The notes under the pieces were generated by a model that was not told where the DNA came from, did no database searches, and saw nothing but the letters and a program-made list of their open reading frames with translations. The translations under genes and the position numbers were made by a program. From NCBI GenBank assembly GCA_963755125.1, contig CAVWIP010000004.1, positions 1-57,267 of the forward strand: 57,267 nucleotides of DNA, written 5' to 3'. This DNA is from an uncultured delta proteobacterium. Its GTDB lineage: Bacteria; Myxococcota_A; Polyangia; Fen-1088. Of the stretch, positions 39,104 to 51,612 are shown piece by piece. The stretch's first letter is position 1. Every line of letters begins with the position of its first letter.

Positions 39104-39790
39104 TTGCGACTGTCCGCCATCGGGCGCGCGCGGGCTGGCGTGGATCGCGGCAAACGGCACATCCAGGACGCGATACAGGCGCCAGTCCTGGTAATCGAAG
39201 TGCCACCATTCGTCGGGGTTGACCTTGAACCCTTCCTGCTCCAAAGCCTGGCGCAGGAGCGTACGCGTGCGCCGTTGTTCGGGTGTGCCGCCCTGATAGT
39301 CGGCCGCGGCCCGCTCGGACATTTCATCAAAGGCACTGGGCATGGCGACTTCCTGCCCGGTGCGAAGATCGTAGAGACCGACGTCGACCGCGCAGCCGCG
39401 GTTGTGTCGCGATCCCTTCTCCGGGTTCGCCACGAACTTGTGCTTGTCAGGCGGGGTCATGTCCCAGAAGGCCTTGGTCACTGACCAGGGACGATACCCG
39501 TCGAAGATCAGCAGGCCGTAGCCGCGCGCCTTGAGCGCCGGATGCGCACGCACCAGCGCCTCGGCTGCCGGTCGTTGCAGAAAGGCCCGCGCCTCGGCGT
39601 ATTGCTTGCGCCCCGTGAAGTTGTTGCTCGTGGCATAGCGTATATCGAGGTGGATGCTGGCATCCATGCGCGAAAGCTCGACCAGATCGGGCGCGCGAAA
39701 GTCTCCCGTTTCTGCCGGCTGGGCAGTGGCGGGCGCGCCCTGCAGCCACCACAGCAGTGCGATTGAGGCGCCCAGCGCCAGCCGGCGCAT
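39095..39790 (-). CDS. D-Ala-D-Ala dipeptidase (VanX / peptidase M15D), exported
   Basis: DIRYATSNNFTG, FDGYRP, SRHNRGCAVD, EWWHFDY; signal peptide. Confidence 0.93.
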   Translation of the reverse strand: MRRLALGASIALLWWLQGAPATAQPAETGDFRAPDLVELSRMDASIHLDIRYATSNNFTGRKQYAEARAFLQRPAAEALVRAHPALKARGYGLLIFDGYRPWSVTKAFWDMTPPDKHKFVANPEKGSRHNRGCAVDVGLYDLRTGQEVAMPSAFDEMSERAAADYQGGTPEQRRTRTLLRQALEQEGFKVNPDEWWHFDYQDWRLYRVLDVPFAAIHASPRAPDGGQSQSR

Positions 39791-39906
39791 GGCTGCCCGC
39801 CTCTGGCTGGCTCTATTCACCACAGGCGGCAGAGAAATCACGGAGTCGGAGCAGGCGCAACCGGCAAGTGTCATTTCGATCCAACGGAGCGATACTGCCA
39901 CTGGAA

Positions 39907-40188
39907 ATGATCCAGCGCACCGCAAACCTCGCCGCGCTCTTGGCAACCATGCTTGGCTTCGCCCTGCCGGCTGCGGCTCAGAGAGAATGCTTGGCTTCTC
40001 AGGCACTGTTCCAGGCGGTCAGGAAGGGTGACATGAAGGGAGCGCGCGCGGCTCTCGCGCCGGGGGGCGCTCCTCGATGGGCAGGAGTCCGACGTCCAAT
40101 GCTTCCCTCACGTCTTTCCCCCGCTCTGCTCTGCGATCTTCCCTGCAGATGGATCTCGACAATCTCTGGTTGGTTCCGTTGCGACTGA
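39907..40188 (+). pseudogene. Possible truncated secreted ankyrin-repeat protein
   Basis: Signal peptide ending PAAA-Q, then one ankyrin-like half repeat ALFQAVRKGDMKGARAAL, then unrecognisable sequence. Confidence 0.35.
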
Positions 40189-40221
40189 TGGCGGGATTGG
40201 GCTGCTGCCGCTGACCCTGGC

Positions 40222-43022
40222 TCACCCCAACCTGCGCACGAACTCCGCGCGCACGCGGGCCATGCGCGTGCCCAACTGGGCAGACAGTTGCGCCTCACTC
40301 ATGCCCAGGCTGCGCGCCAGCGACGAGCGGTCCTCGGCCTGCAGCCGATCGTCGTGCTGATCGCGCAGCAGGCGCAGTCGCAGGCCAGCCCTTTGCAGGA
40401 AGCCATAGTCGTCGAGCACGCCCGCGGCGAGTTCTCCCCGCTCGGCCATGCGGCGCAGAGCAGCCGGCGGATGCGTGGTGCGCAGGGTAGGGTCGCTCTC
40501 ACCATGGCGAAGCTGGCCCCAGGCCGCCAGGAACTCGAGATCGGTCAGCCCGCCGGGCGCGAAGCGGAGATGCAGCGATTTGCGCGGATCGCCCGCGCGC
40601 TCGCTCTCGATGCGCTGGCGCAGGTGCAGCAGGCCCGCGCGCAGGGAATCTTCATCCGGCGGTGTCTGGTAGGCGATGGCCTCCAGCCGATTCGCGAAAT
40701 CACTAGGCGCGCCTGCACCCGGCAGCACGAAAGCCGGCCGTGCACGCAGCAGCGCCATCCGTTCCCAGGGCGCGGCAGACTCGTGGTGGTAGTACTCGAA
40801 AGCCTGGTAGGTGGTCACGAGCAGCCCCTGCGATCCCGAGGGCCGCAGCCGCGTGTCGACGTTGTACAGGCGCCCTTCCTCCAGCAAGGCACCCAGCGCG
40901 CCGATCAGCCGCTGGGCCAGGCGGCCAAACCAGTCCTGGTACTCGATCCCCGATGCGGTTATGCCTTCATGCTGGTACAGAAAAACCAGCTCCAGGTCCG
41001 AGCCGTAGCGCATCTCGCGCGCGCCACAACTGCCCAGGACCAGAATGGTCAGCTCCGCGTCGGGCTTTCCCGTGCGCGTCTCTAGTTCGGCTGCGACGCG
41101 GACCACGGCCTGGGCCAGGCAGGCTTCGGCCAGCAGCACGAGCTGGGCTGACACCTCCTGGTGAGCAAGATTGCCGGCCACGTCGTGCAGCCCTATGCGC
41201 AGGATCTCCTCGGCTTGAAACCGGCGCACCTCGCGCAAGGCTTCCTCGTAATCGCAACCCGCCAGGCGCGCCGGTAGCCGTGTCTGCCACTCGAGCGGAT
41301 CCGGCCGCGCGTCGCCCGGACCGGCCAGCAGATTGGGCCAGGTCGCGGGATGGGTGAGCAGGTGTCGCGACAGCCGCTCGCTGGTGCCGAACAGGGCCGC
41401 CAGCATGGTGAGCAGCTGGCGATCTTCGTGCAGCATGGTCTCCAGGCCGGTCGAGGCGCGCAGCGAGAGATCGCGAAAGCGGTCCAACGCCCGATCGGGG
41501 TTGGGCGAGGCGATGGCTTGTTCCAGCCAAATGGGCGCCAGGCGACCGCGCACCAGTTCCAGGCTTTCCGCGGCCGCCGCCACGTCGGAAAAACCGCAGG
41601 ATTGCAGATCAGCCAGCAAGTACGGCCGCGGCACCGCCGGATCGAGCAGGCGCAGCACGATGGCCGACGGTCCCTGCTCTGGCTCGCCCAGGGTTTCTGC
41701 CACCGCGCTGACCGCCTGGCGCTGCTCAGCCACCAGGGCGTCGAGTTCGGCGTGGCCAGCCAGCCCGAGTCGCCGCGCCAGCCGGTCCCTGGCCCTTGGT
41801 TCGACCGGCAGCTCGTGAGTCTGCGCACCCTGCTCGAGCTGGATGCGATGCTCAACCGAGCGCAAAAAATGATAGGCGTGGGAAAGCGTGCGGACTTCTT
41901 GTGCGGTCAGCAGCCCGGCTAGCCCCAGCTTGTGCAGCGCGGGCAGGGTGGCGCGCTCGCGCAGGTCAGACCGCTTGCCGGCGTAGAGCAGTTGTAGCGC
42001 CTGCGCCACCAGCTCGACGTCGCGAATTCCGCCTTGCCCCAGCTTCACGTCCCAGCCGGGATGCCGGGCGCTGTCCACGAACTGCTGGCGCAGCGAGCGG
42101 ACCTCGTCCAGAGTGCGCGGTCCCGACGAGCGCGGAAACACGAAGGGCTCGACGGTCTTGAGAAAACGTGCGCCCAGAGTCAGATCGCCCGCAGCCGGTC
42201 GCGCGCGCAGCAGGGCCTGGCGTTCCCAGGTACGGCCGAAGCTCTCGTAGTAGCTCTCGGCCGCGGCTAGCGAGTTGCAGATGGCGCCGCTGCCGCCCTC
42301 GGGCCGCAGGCGCAGATCCACGCGAAACACGAAACCGTCCCCCGTGATCTCGGCAACCGCGCGCGTGACCATCTGGGATAGCCGGCCATAATATTCGTGC
42401 AGGCTGAGCGAACCGGCGTGTCCCTCGTCTGACGAGTAGACGTAGATGAGGTCGACGTCCGAGGAGAAATTCAGCTCCTCGCCGCCCAGCTTGCCCATGG
42501 CCACTACCACGAAGCCAGGGCTGTCCTCCGCACACACCGGGTCGCCGTAGCCCGCGCGCAACTGCGATTCGCAGAAGGCCACCGCCGCATCCAAACACGC
42601 ATCCGCTAGGGCCGAGAGATCGCGCGCCACCTCCAGGCTGGCACCGGGCTTCAACTCGCGCGCGCCCAGACGCAACATCTCGACCTGGCGAAAGCGGCGC
42701 AGCCGGCGTTGCACATCGGCCAGATCGGCACACCCGGCCAGCGCGGCCCTCACCTCGGCCATGGTCTGCTCGCGCGGCTTGGACCGGTCGAGAAAGGGAT
42801 CAGCCAGCAGCGCAGTCAAACGATCGACGTCGACGAGCAGCAGATCGGTGAGGAAGCTGCCGCTCGACAGCAGCGCAACCAGCAGGCGCAGACTCGCCTC
42901 GTCCTCGGGCAGTGAGACACCGGCCTCGACCAGTCTTTCCAGGCGCGGCCGCGCGCCCTCCGGGTCAGGGCCCGTGGCCAGCAGACGATCGAGAATGGGC
43001 GAAACGCGAAGCAGGACAGTGA

Positions 43023-43047
<25 letters not shown>
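40222..43047 (-). CDS. glnE: Bifunctional glutamine synthetase adenylyltransferase/deadenylase
   Basis: MGKLGGEELNFSSDVDL, VDLRLRPEG, WERQAL, VKLGQGGIRDVE; second domain YGSDLEL, VDTRLRPSG; start uncertain. Confidence 0.93.
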
Positions 43048-43814
<767 letters not shown>

Positions 43815-43850
43815 GAGAGGATCAATGGTATCGCCGGGGCGGGTACTATT

Positions 43851-44789
43851 TCAACCGCTTCGCGGCCTGACGAAGGAAACCGCGGGTCCCAGTTCCACCG
43901 ACAGGTTGCCGCGCGCTTGGTAGAGATCGCCGTCGACGGTGTACAGGGTTTCGGGTTCGTCCGGTTCGATGACCAGGCGCGTGGCCAACTCGCTCCAGGC
44001 CCGGCGCGGCGATATGCCGTGGCCCTGGCGCACGGCTGACAGGTCCCAGGTCAAGCCGAGAGGTGACGAATGGATCGCCAGAACAGCGAAGCGGCCGGGA
44101 TGGTCATTGGCGCGGTGGTTGAGCTTGAAACCGAGGCCGACCTCGCTGACCGTGGCGGCGCCTAGACCGAGGAGCGCGGTCCAGGGAAGTATCTGCCCGT
44201 CGACGAAGATGCGGCCGTGGAAACGGCGAAAGATGCGCTTGGCGTAGCTTCCGGAGGTTGCTTCAGAAAGGATGGAGCGCAGCAGGATCCCGAGCGCGCG
44301 GCTCGCTCCGTACTCACCCTTGGCGTAGTACTCCTCGAGGAAGTTGGCGATGAGACCGGTCCCGAAAACGAAGCCGTATTCATCCTGAACCTTCAGGCAC
44401 CGGCGTACCACGACAGCGGGCGGATGGACTGCTCTCTCTCCCGCGGCAAGCTGCTCCAGCAGCGCCTCGGGCTGCACCAGGATGTCCAGCGAGGATGCCA
44501 CCACGTTCATGGTTCCGCCGGGCAGCAAGGCCAGCGGAGGCAAGGCGCGCTCGCCGTAGGCGCGCACCAGCGCCGTAACCGTCCAGTGCAGAGTTCCGTC
44601 GCCCCCGCACACGCCGATGATCGAAGGCCGGGCCTGCGCCACCTGCCGCGCCTCGGCAGCCAGCGCGTCGGGACTCGTGGGAGCAACCACGCGACCCGTC
44701 TCACCCAGGATGCTGGCGAAACGTCGCGCACGGTCTGGATCTCGGCGATTGGCTCGCGATCCCGGATTGACGAAGACCACGATGGGCAC
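43851..44789 (-). CDS. Diacylglycerol/lipid kinase family protein
   Basis: VNPGS, GGDGT, LPGGTMN, VDGD. Confidence 0.88.
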   Translation of the reverse strand: MPIVVFVNPGSRANRRDPDRARRFASILGETGRVVAPTSPDALAAEARQVAQARPSIIGVCGGDGTLHWTVTALVRAYGERALPPLALLPGGTMNVVASSLDILVQPEALLEQLAAGERAVHPPAVVVRRCLKVQDEYGFVFGTGLIANFLEEYYAKGEYGASRALGILLRSILSEATSGSYAKRIFRRFHGRIFVDGQILPWTALLGLGAATVSEVGLGFKLNHRANDHPGRFAVLAIHSSPLGLTWDLSAVRQGHGISPRRAWSELATRLVIEPDEPETLYTVDGDLYQARGNLSVELGPAVSFVRPRSG

Positions 44790-44942
44790 GCAGGCGAAAC
44801 TCTACACCCGGAGCAGCCAGCCGTGAGAAGGGTTGGTTCTATGGCTTGGGACGCGCAGGGATTCTCCGCGCGGGCCTATGATGTATCCAGTTGACACAGC
44901 GGGCATGCCGGTTCCAAAATCCACCGCCTCTGGGAAGCGGTG

Positions 44943-46784
44943 ATGTCCTCGACGCACAAAAAGCATCCTTCTGCGTCCGGATCCCTGAAGGAACGGCCCG
45001 TTCCCCGCCTTTTGCAGCAACTGTTTCGCAAGCAGGTCACCGGCCGCCTGTGTATCAGTGACACGACAGGCGACGAGAGTGATGTCTATCTGCGCGTCGG
45101 CATGCCGGTGCACGTGCAGCGCCCCGTGGACACCGACCGCCTGGATCGGGTGTTGGTCGAGTTCGGGGTTGTGTCGGAAGACAAAGTGGCGCAGGCCGCG
45201 CCCATGGTCGCCAGCGGGATGCGTCTGGGCGAGGCTCTGGAACGACTGGGGGTCCTGAGCAAGGACGCGCTCGCGGATGTACTCCAGGAGCAGATACGGC
45301 GAAAGCTCACCCGCCTGTTCTGCGTGGCGGACGGTTCGTTCGCCATCTACGTCGAGCCACACAACTTCGGCGAGGGAGACGATCTGGTCGCGATGCGGGT
45401 CGATCCGCGAACCCTGTTCTTCCCCGCGATTCGTGCGGCCTACGACCTGCCGCGGGTCACACGCGAGCTGTCGCGGCTGTGGGGCCAGGAGTTTCGGCTG
45501 GCGTCGGTGTCGCCGTCTTTCGTCGCCGCCATGGGGATCCCGCCGGACGATCACATCGTGACCGCCCTACGCACGCGCTGGCTGACCCCGGAAGAGATCG
45601 ACTCCGTGACCGCACGGCCCCTGGAGGTGCGGACCGTCCTGCTTTCACTTTATTACGCCGATCTGCTGGAGCGACAACAAGTCGGCGGGCGCCCGCTGCA
45701 GGACGATTCGGCCCCCGTGCCCGCGCCGAGTGTGGCCGCGCCTGCTGCGGTGGCGCTGTCGGAAAAGGTGGCGACGCCGGTGGTGGCCGCGCCTGCTGCA
45801 GCGCTGCCGATCGCGCCAGCGTCCGCACCTGCGGCGCCAGCGCCCGCTGTGGCTGCAGCGTCTGCTGTGGCTGCAGCGTCGGCAAAGCCAGCCGGGCCGA
45901 TGGCGCCAGCGTCCGCTGTCGCAGCACCGCCCGCTGCCGCGGCACGAACAACGCGCTCGCCGGAGGCCGCCGTGCGAGTCGTGGGCACGCGTCCTGTCGG
46001 ATCCTCGATCCAGGCCGTGCCAGCGCCTGACACCACATTGCGGACCGCACTCGTGGAGCTGACGGAGAAGCTCGACAGCCTGTCGCATTTCGAACTGCTG
46101 GGCGTGTCCGAATCAGCCACGGCCGGCGAGGTCAGTGCGGCCTTCGTCCGCGCAGCCCGACGTTTCCACCCGGACCGGCTGGCCGGCGCCGGCCTGTCCG
46201 ATCTGGTACCGCAGGCCGAGCGTATCCTGGCCCGCATGAGCGAAGCAGCCATGGTCCTGGGCGATCCGGCGAGTCGAGCCGAGTACCAGGACGCCCGGGC
46301 CGGGAAGAAGCTTCCGGGCAGCAACATCCCGACCCTGATCGACGCTGAGACGAACTTCCTCAAGGGCGAGGTCCTGCTCAAGCGGGGCGATCACGCCAAG
46401 GCCATCGAGTGCTTTGCCGCTGCCAGCAAGGCCAACCCGGACGAGCCCCAGTACCGGGCCTACTGGGGCTGGGCGCGCTTCGATAATCCGCAAGGCCGCA
46501 AGGAAGCCATCGTGCGCGAGGTGCAGCGGATCATCGGGGACGTGGTCGCGGCGCAGCCACGCTTCGCACGCGGCCACTATTGGCTGGGCCAAATCTGGAA
46601 GTTCCTCAACGAGCCGGATCGCGCGGAACGAGCCTTCCGCGAGGCGACCAATCAGGACAAGGACTTCATCGAGGCGGAGCGCGAGATGCGCGTGCTGGAG
46701 ATGCGGCGAACCAAGGCCAGCACCACGCGCAAGCACCCCGAACCCCCGCGCGGTGGGATCATGGGCCGCTTGTTCAAGAAATAG
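44943..46784 (+). CDS. DUF4388-like + Pro/Ala linker + DnaJ domain + TPR protein
   Basis: GSLKERPVPRLL...TGRL; HFELLGV...RRFHPDR; C-terminal TPRs. Confidence 0.85.
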   Translation: MSSTHKKHPSASGSLKERPVPRLLQQLFRKQVTGRLCISDTTGDESDVYLRVGMPVHVQRPVDTDRLDRVLVEFGVVSEDKVAQAAPMVASGMRLGEALERLGVLSKDALADVLQEQIRRKLTRLFCVADGSFAIYVEPHNFGEGDDLVAMRVDPRTLFFPAIRAAYDLPRVTRELSRLWGQEFRLASVSPSFVAAMGIPPDDHIVTALRTRWLTPEEIDSVTARPLEVRTVLLSLYYADLLERQQVGGRPLQDDSAPVPAPSVAAPAAVALSEKVATPVVAAPAAALPIAPASAPAAPAPAVAAASAVAAASAKPAGPMAPASAVAAPPAAAARTTRSPEAAVRVVGTRPVGSSIQAVPAPDTTLRTALVELTEKLDSLSHFELLGVSESATAGEVSAAFVRAARRFHPDRLAGAGLSDLVPQAERILARMSEAAMVLGDPASRAEYQDARAGKKLPGSNIPTLIDAETNFLKGEVLLKRGDHAKAIECFAAASKANPDEPQYRAYWGWARFDNPQGRKEAIVREVQRIIGDVVAAQPRFARGHYWLGQIWKFLNEPDRAERAFREATNQDKDFIEAEREMRVLEMRRTKASTTRKHPEPPRGGIMGRLFKK

Positions 46785-46785
46785 G

Positions 46786-47868
46786 TTATCGCTGAATTCG
46801 CGCCGAGCCGCCCTTGGCGAACGCCTTCACTTGCTCCAGCGTGACCATGGTGGTGTCGCCGGGCGTGGTGGTGAGCAGCGCTCCATGAGCCCAGCCGAGC
46901 TTGAGGGCTTCCTCGGCCGATTCGCCGGAGAGCAGGCCGTAGATGAAGCCGCTGGCAAAGCCGTCGCCGCCGCCCACGCGATCATGTACGTCCAGCTCGC
47001 AGGTGGGGGAAACATGCGTTTTCCCGTTCACCCAGGCCACGGCGCCCCAGGCGTGGCGATTGGTCGAGGCAACCTCGCGCAGGGTCGTGCACACGACCTT
47101 GACCTGCGGGAACTTGGCCGTGACCTTGTCGATCATGGCGAAGAACGCGCCGGGGTCGAGCTTGGATCGCTTTTCGACATCCTGGCCCGCGATGTTCAAT
47201 CCCTTCTGCAGATCTTCCTCGTTGCCCACCAGCACGTCGGCATTGGCCACGATGCGCCCCACAACCTCGGCCGCCTTGTGCGCGCCACCCCAGATGTTCC
47301 ACAGTTTCTCGCGAAAATTGAGATCGAAGCTGCAGATAGCGCCGGCTTGCTTGGCGGCCTTCATGCCCTCGATGATGACCTCGCCAGTGGTTTCGGAAAG
47401 CGCGGCGAAGATCCCGCCGCTGTGGAACCAACGAATGCCGTTCTTGAAGATTGCGCCCCAGTCGAAGTCGCCCGGCTTGAGCTGCGCGCCGGCTTCATTG
47501 GACCGATTGTAGAACACCACGGGCGCACGCACGCCATGGCCGCGGTCGCTGTACACCGTGGCCATGTTAGGGCCGTTCACGCCGTTGTGCTTGAAGCGCT
47601 TGTAGAAGGGCGTGACGCCCATGGCCCTGACCCGCTCGTGGATCATGTCGCCAATGGGATAGTCGACCATGGCGGTCGCGATCCCCGTGTTCATGCGAAA
47701 GCAATCGGCCAGATTGGCGGCCACGTTGAACTCGCCGCCGCTGACGTGGATCTGGCAACTGGAGGCCTTGCGCCAGGGGACAATGCCGGGGTCCAATCGG
47801 TGCACCAGGGCGCCGACCGATACGAAATCCAGACCACCTGCGGGGCGAATGTTCAAAGCGTCGCTCAT
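46786..47868 (-). CDS. PfkB-family sugar-acid kinase (KdgK-like)
   Basis: GGEFNVA, WFHSGGI, FDLNFREKLW, GNEED, DRVGGGDGF. Confidence 0.9.
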   Translation of the reverse strand: MSDALNIRPAGGLDFVSVGALVHRLDPGIVPWRKASSCQIHVSGGEFNVAANLADCFRMNTGIATAMVDYPIGDMIHERVRAMGVTPFYKRFKHNGVNGPNMATVYSDRGHGVRAPVVFYNRSNEAGAQLKPGDFDWGAIFKNGIRWFHSGGIFAALSETTGEVIIEGMKAAKQAGAICSFDLNFREKLWNIWGGAHKAAEVVGRIVANADVLVGNEEDLQKGLNIAGQDVEKRSKLDPGAFFAMIDKVTAKFPQVKVVCTTLREVASTNRHAWGAVAWVNGKTHVSPTCELDVHDRVGGGDGFASGFIYGLLSGESAEEALKLGWAHGALLTTTPGDTTMVTLEQVKAFAKGGSARIQR

Positions 47869-47921
47869 GTTGAATTTCTGCTCCTTGCTGTCTTGCTATC
47901 CGTCACTGCGCGCTCTCGGCG

Positions 47922-49151
47922 CTAGTTGTCCTTCAGTCTATAAAGCACCTGTCCGGCCTCTTCCACGACCAGGGTGTCTTCATCCTGCTTCCAACGTTCA
48001 ATGTCGATGGAATTCACATCCCGCCAGGCCAAGTTGATGGCGTCGCATTTCGCCTTGGGAATGCTGGTGGCCAGGCTCACGGTGATACGGGGATACTCGA
48101 CGCCGTTCTCGAACTTGCCGATGCCCTTGACGTTGGTCGAGTGCGCCAGAATCAGCTTCGATTCCTCGGCGAAACGCTCCCACTGCTTCACGAAGTAGTC
48201 GAGCACGTGGTAGCCGATGCGCTCGATCTGCTTGCCGTGCATGAACGACACGGCCTTGACGTGCGCCCCGTGGATGACCAACTCGCCGCCGTCGGCCACG
48301 ATGGGCTCCAGCTTGTACATGGCCTTGCCCGCGACCCACACCTCTTCATAGATGGAAGGAGTCAGGCCGAGCACGCGCTTAACCGGCTTGTCCAGGTATT
48401 TGATATGCAGTTGCGCCGAATAGTCAGCCGCACGTGACCAGGATTCCGCCGGATCTCCGGCGAAGAGGCAGGCTAGTTGATGGTGATCGTCGACAGCGAA
48501 GGCGAAGCAGGTGCGCGGCGTTGACAGAAATTGAACCGCCCGATTGATGACCCGGCGGGTGGGCGTATCCTTGACCCCATTGACCACCGGATTGGTGATC
48601 ACCGCTGCCAGCCAGTGGAACTTCTCCACTACGTCCAGGCCCGCAATGCCGGGGAAGAAGTACTTGTTGCCGCCGGCAAATCCCATGGCTTCATGAGGAA
48701 CTACCGGGGAGACAATGAGAATGTGGTCGTACTCGGTGGCTTTGCGATTGATGGTGACGGGAATGTCGCGGGAAAACAACCCGTTGGTGAGCTGCGCCAC
48801 CTCTTCGCCCCGCAGGGTGCCCAGCGAGACCAACTCGTCCCGCTTGTGGTGCTCGTGGTTGAACAAGCGCACCTTGGGGTACTTTTGCGCGTGCTCCGAT
48901 GCCGTAAGTCCGATGTGCCGGTAGAGGCGATCCAGCTCCATGGACGCGTGGGTGCCGGTGGCCACCATGTAGTCCAGCACGCCGACGCGAGATTGCAGCA
49001 GATCGCTCAACACATGGAAGAAGAGGTCGATGGGCGCGTGCCGCGTGTGATCGGGAATGAGCACCAGCACGCGCTTTCCGTCGAGCGGCAGGTCGGCCAG
49101 CGTCGCCTCGCAGATGTCCTTCACATCCTTCGGGGTGAGCCGCTTGTCCAT
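47922..49151 (-). CDS. LarA-family (nickel-pincer nucleotide) hydroxy-acid racemase/epimerase
   Basis: PDHTR, ATGTH, PHEAMGFAGGNKYFFPG, KFHW, GKAMYK motifs. Confidence 0.88.
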   Translation of the reverse strand: MDKRLTPKDVKDICEATLADLPLDGKRVLVLIPDHTRHAPIDLFFHVLSDLLQSRVGVLDYMVATGTHASMELDRLYRHIGLTASEHAQKYPKVRLFNHEHHKRDELVSLGTLRGEEVAQLTNGLFSRDIPVTINRKATEYDHILIVSPVVPHEAMGFAGGNKYFFPGIAGLDVVEKFHWLAAVITNPVVNGVKDTPTRRVINRAVQFLSTPRTCFAFAVDDHHQLACLFAGDPAESWSRAADYSAQLHIKYLDKPVKRVLGLTPSIYEEVWVAGKAMYKLEPIVADGGELVIHGAHVKAVSFMHGKQIERIGYHVLDYFVKQWERFAEESKLILAHSTNVKGIGKFENGVEYPRITVSLATSIPKAKCDAINLAWRDVNSIDIERWKQDEDTLVVEEAGQVLYRLKDN

Positions 49152-49213
49152 CGAACCGTGACCACGAAGCGCCTGCATGTTTCCGCTCTCCTAGCGTAGC
49201 AAGATTGCCAGGC

Positions 49214-50623
<1,410 letters not shown>

Positions 50624-50662
50624 GATTGTTCCTTCAGTTTTCAAGAAATCAGCAGCGGCGAT

Positions 50663-51496
50663 CTACACGCCACTGTAAGCCGAGAAGCCCCCGTCGATCG
50701 GCAAGACGATTCCGGTCACAAAGTTGGACGCAGGCGACAGCAGCCAGAGCACCGCGCCCACTAGATCCTCGGGCGTTCCGAACCTTGCCATCGGCGTGTG
50801 GTCCATGATCTTGTGGCCGCGAGCGGTGAGCGCCCCGGATTCCTTGTCGGTGAGCAGGAAGCGGTTCTGCTCGGTGAGGAAGAATCCCGGAGCGATGGCG
50901 TTCACCCGAATGTTGGGCGAGTACTCCTGGGCGAGGTGCACGGCCAGCCACTGGGTGAAGTTGCTCACCGCAGCCTTGGCCGCGGAATAGGCTGGAATCC
51001 TGGTCAGCGGCCGGAATGCGTTCATCGACGAAACATTCAGGATCACGCCTTCCTTCTGCTTGACCATGCAGCGACCGAACGCCTGGCTGGGCAGGATCGT
51101 CCCCTGCAGATTCAGGTTGGCCACGAACTGGATGGCTTCGGGCGGTATGTCGAAGAAGGACTGCTCGGGGTTGGTGGTGGCCTTGGGATTGTTCCCGCCA
51201 GCGCCATTGATGAGGCCGTCGATCTTGCCGTATTCCGCAATCACCTTGTCGGCCGCCTGTTGGACCGCTGCCTTGTCGAGCACGTCGATGAAGGCGGCCT
51301 TGTGGGATCCCTTGGTCCCCTTCAGCGTGGCGAGCACCTTCTCCGCGAAGCCTACATCGCGGTCCAGCACGACTAGGTTGGCACCGCAGCCCGCCAAGCC
51401 TCGGGCCATCTCACCGCACAAGACCCCGCCGCCGCCTGTGATGGCAATGGTTTTTCCGGTGAAGTCATAGGCACTGATGAAATTCTTGGGGTCCAT
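50663..51496 (-). CDS. uxuB: SDR-type D-mannonate oxidoreductase (fructuronate reductase)
   Basis: TGGGGVL, NGAGGN.PKATT, SSMNAFRPLTRIPAYSAAKAA; adjacent to uxaE. Confidence 0.8.
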   Translation of the reverse strand: MDPKNFISAYDFTGKTIAITGGGGVLCGEMARGLAGCGANLVVLDRDVGFAEKVLATLKGTKGSHKAAFIDVLDKAAVQQAADKVIAEYGKIDGLINGAGGNNPKATTNPEQSFFDIPPEAIQFVANLNLQGTILPSQAFGRCMVKQKEGVILNVSSMNAFRPLTRIPAYSAAKAAVSNFTQWLAVHLAQEYSPNIRVNAIAPGFFLTEQNRFLLTDKESGALTARGHKIMDHTPMARFGTPEDLVGAVLWLLSPASNFVTGIVLPIDGGFSAYSGV

Positions 51497-51612
51497 CGTT
51501 GCTCCTGTTGGCGGGTCGGGCGGGCGGGCACGCTCACGTGCCCAGGCTGGCAGAAACCCTATCGCCGCTCCGGCGTGCGCGCCAGCAGGAATTCGCTGGT
51601 CGGCCCCTCACG

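Noticed and set aside
39095..39790. VanX as part of a vancomycin resistance cluster
   Set aside because: No vanH, vanA or vanRS nearby; the protein has a signal peptide like housekeeping M15D dipeptidases
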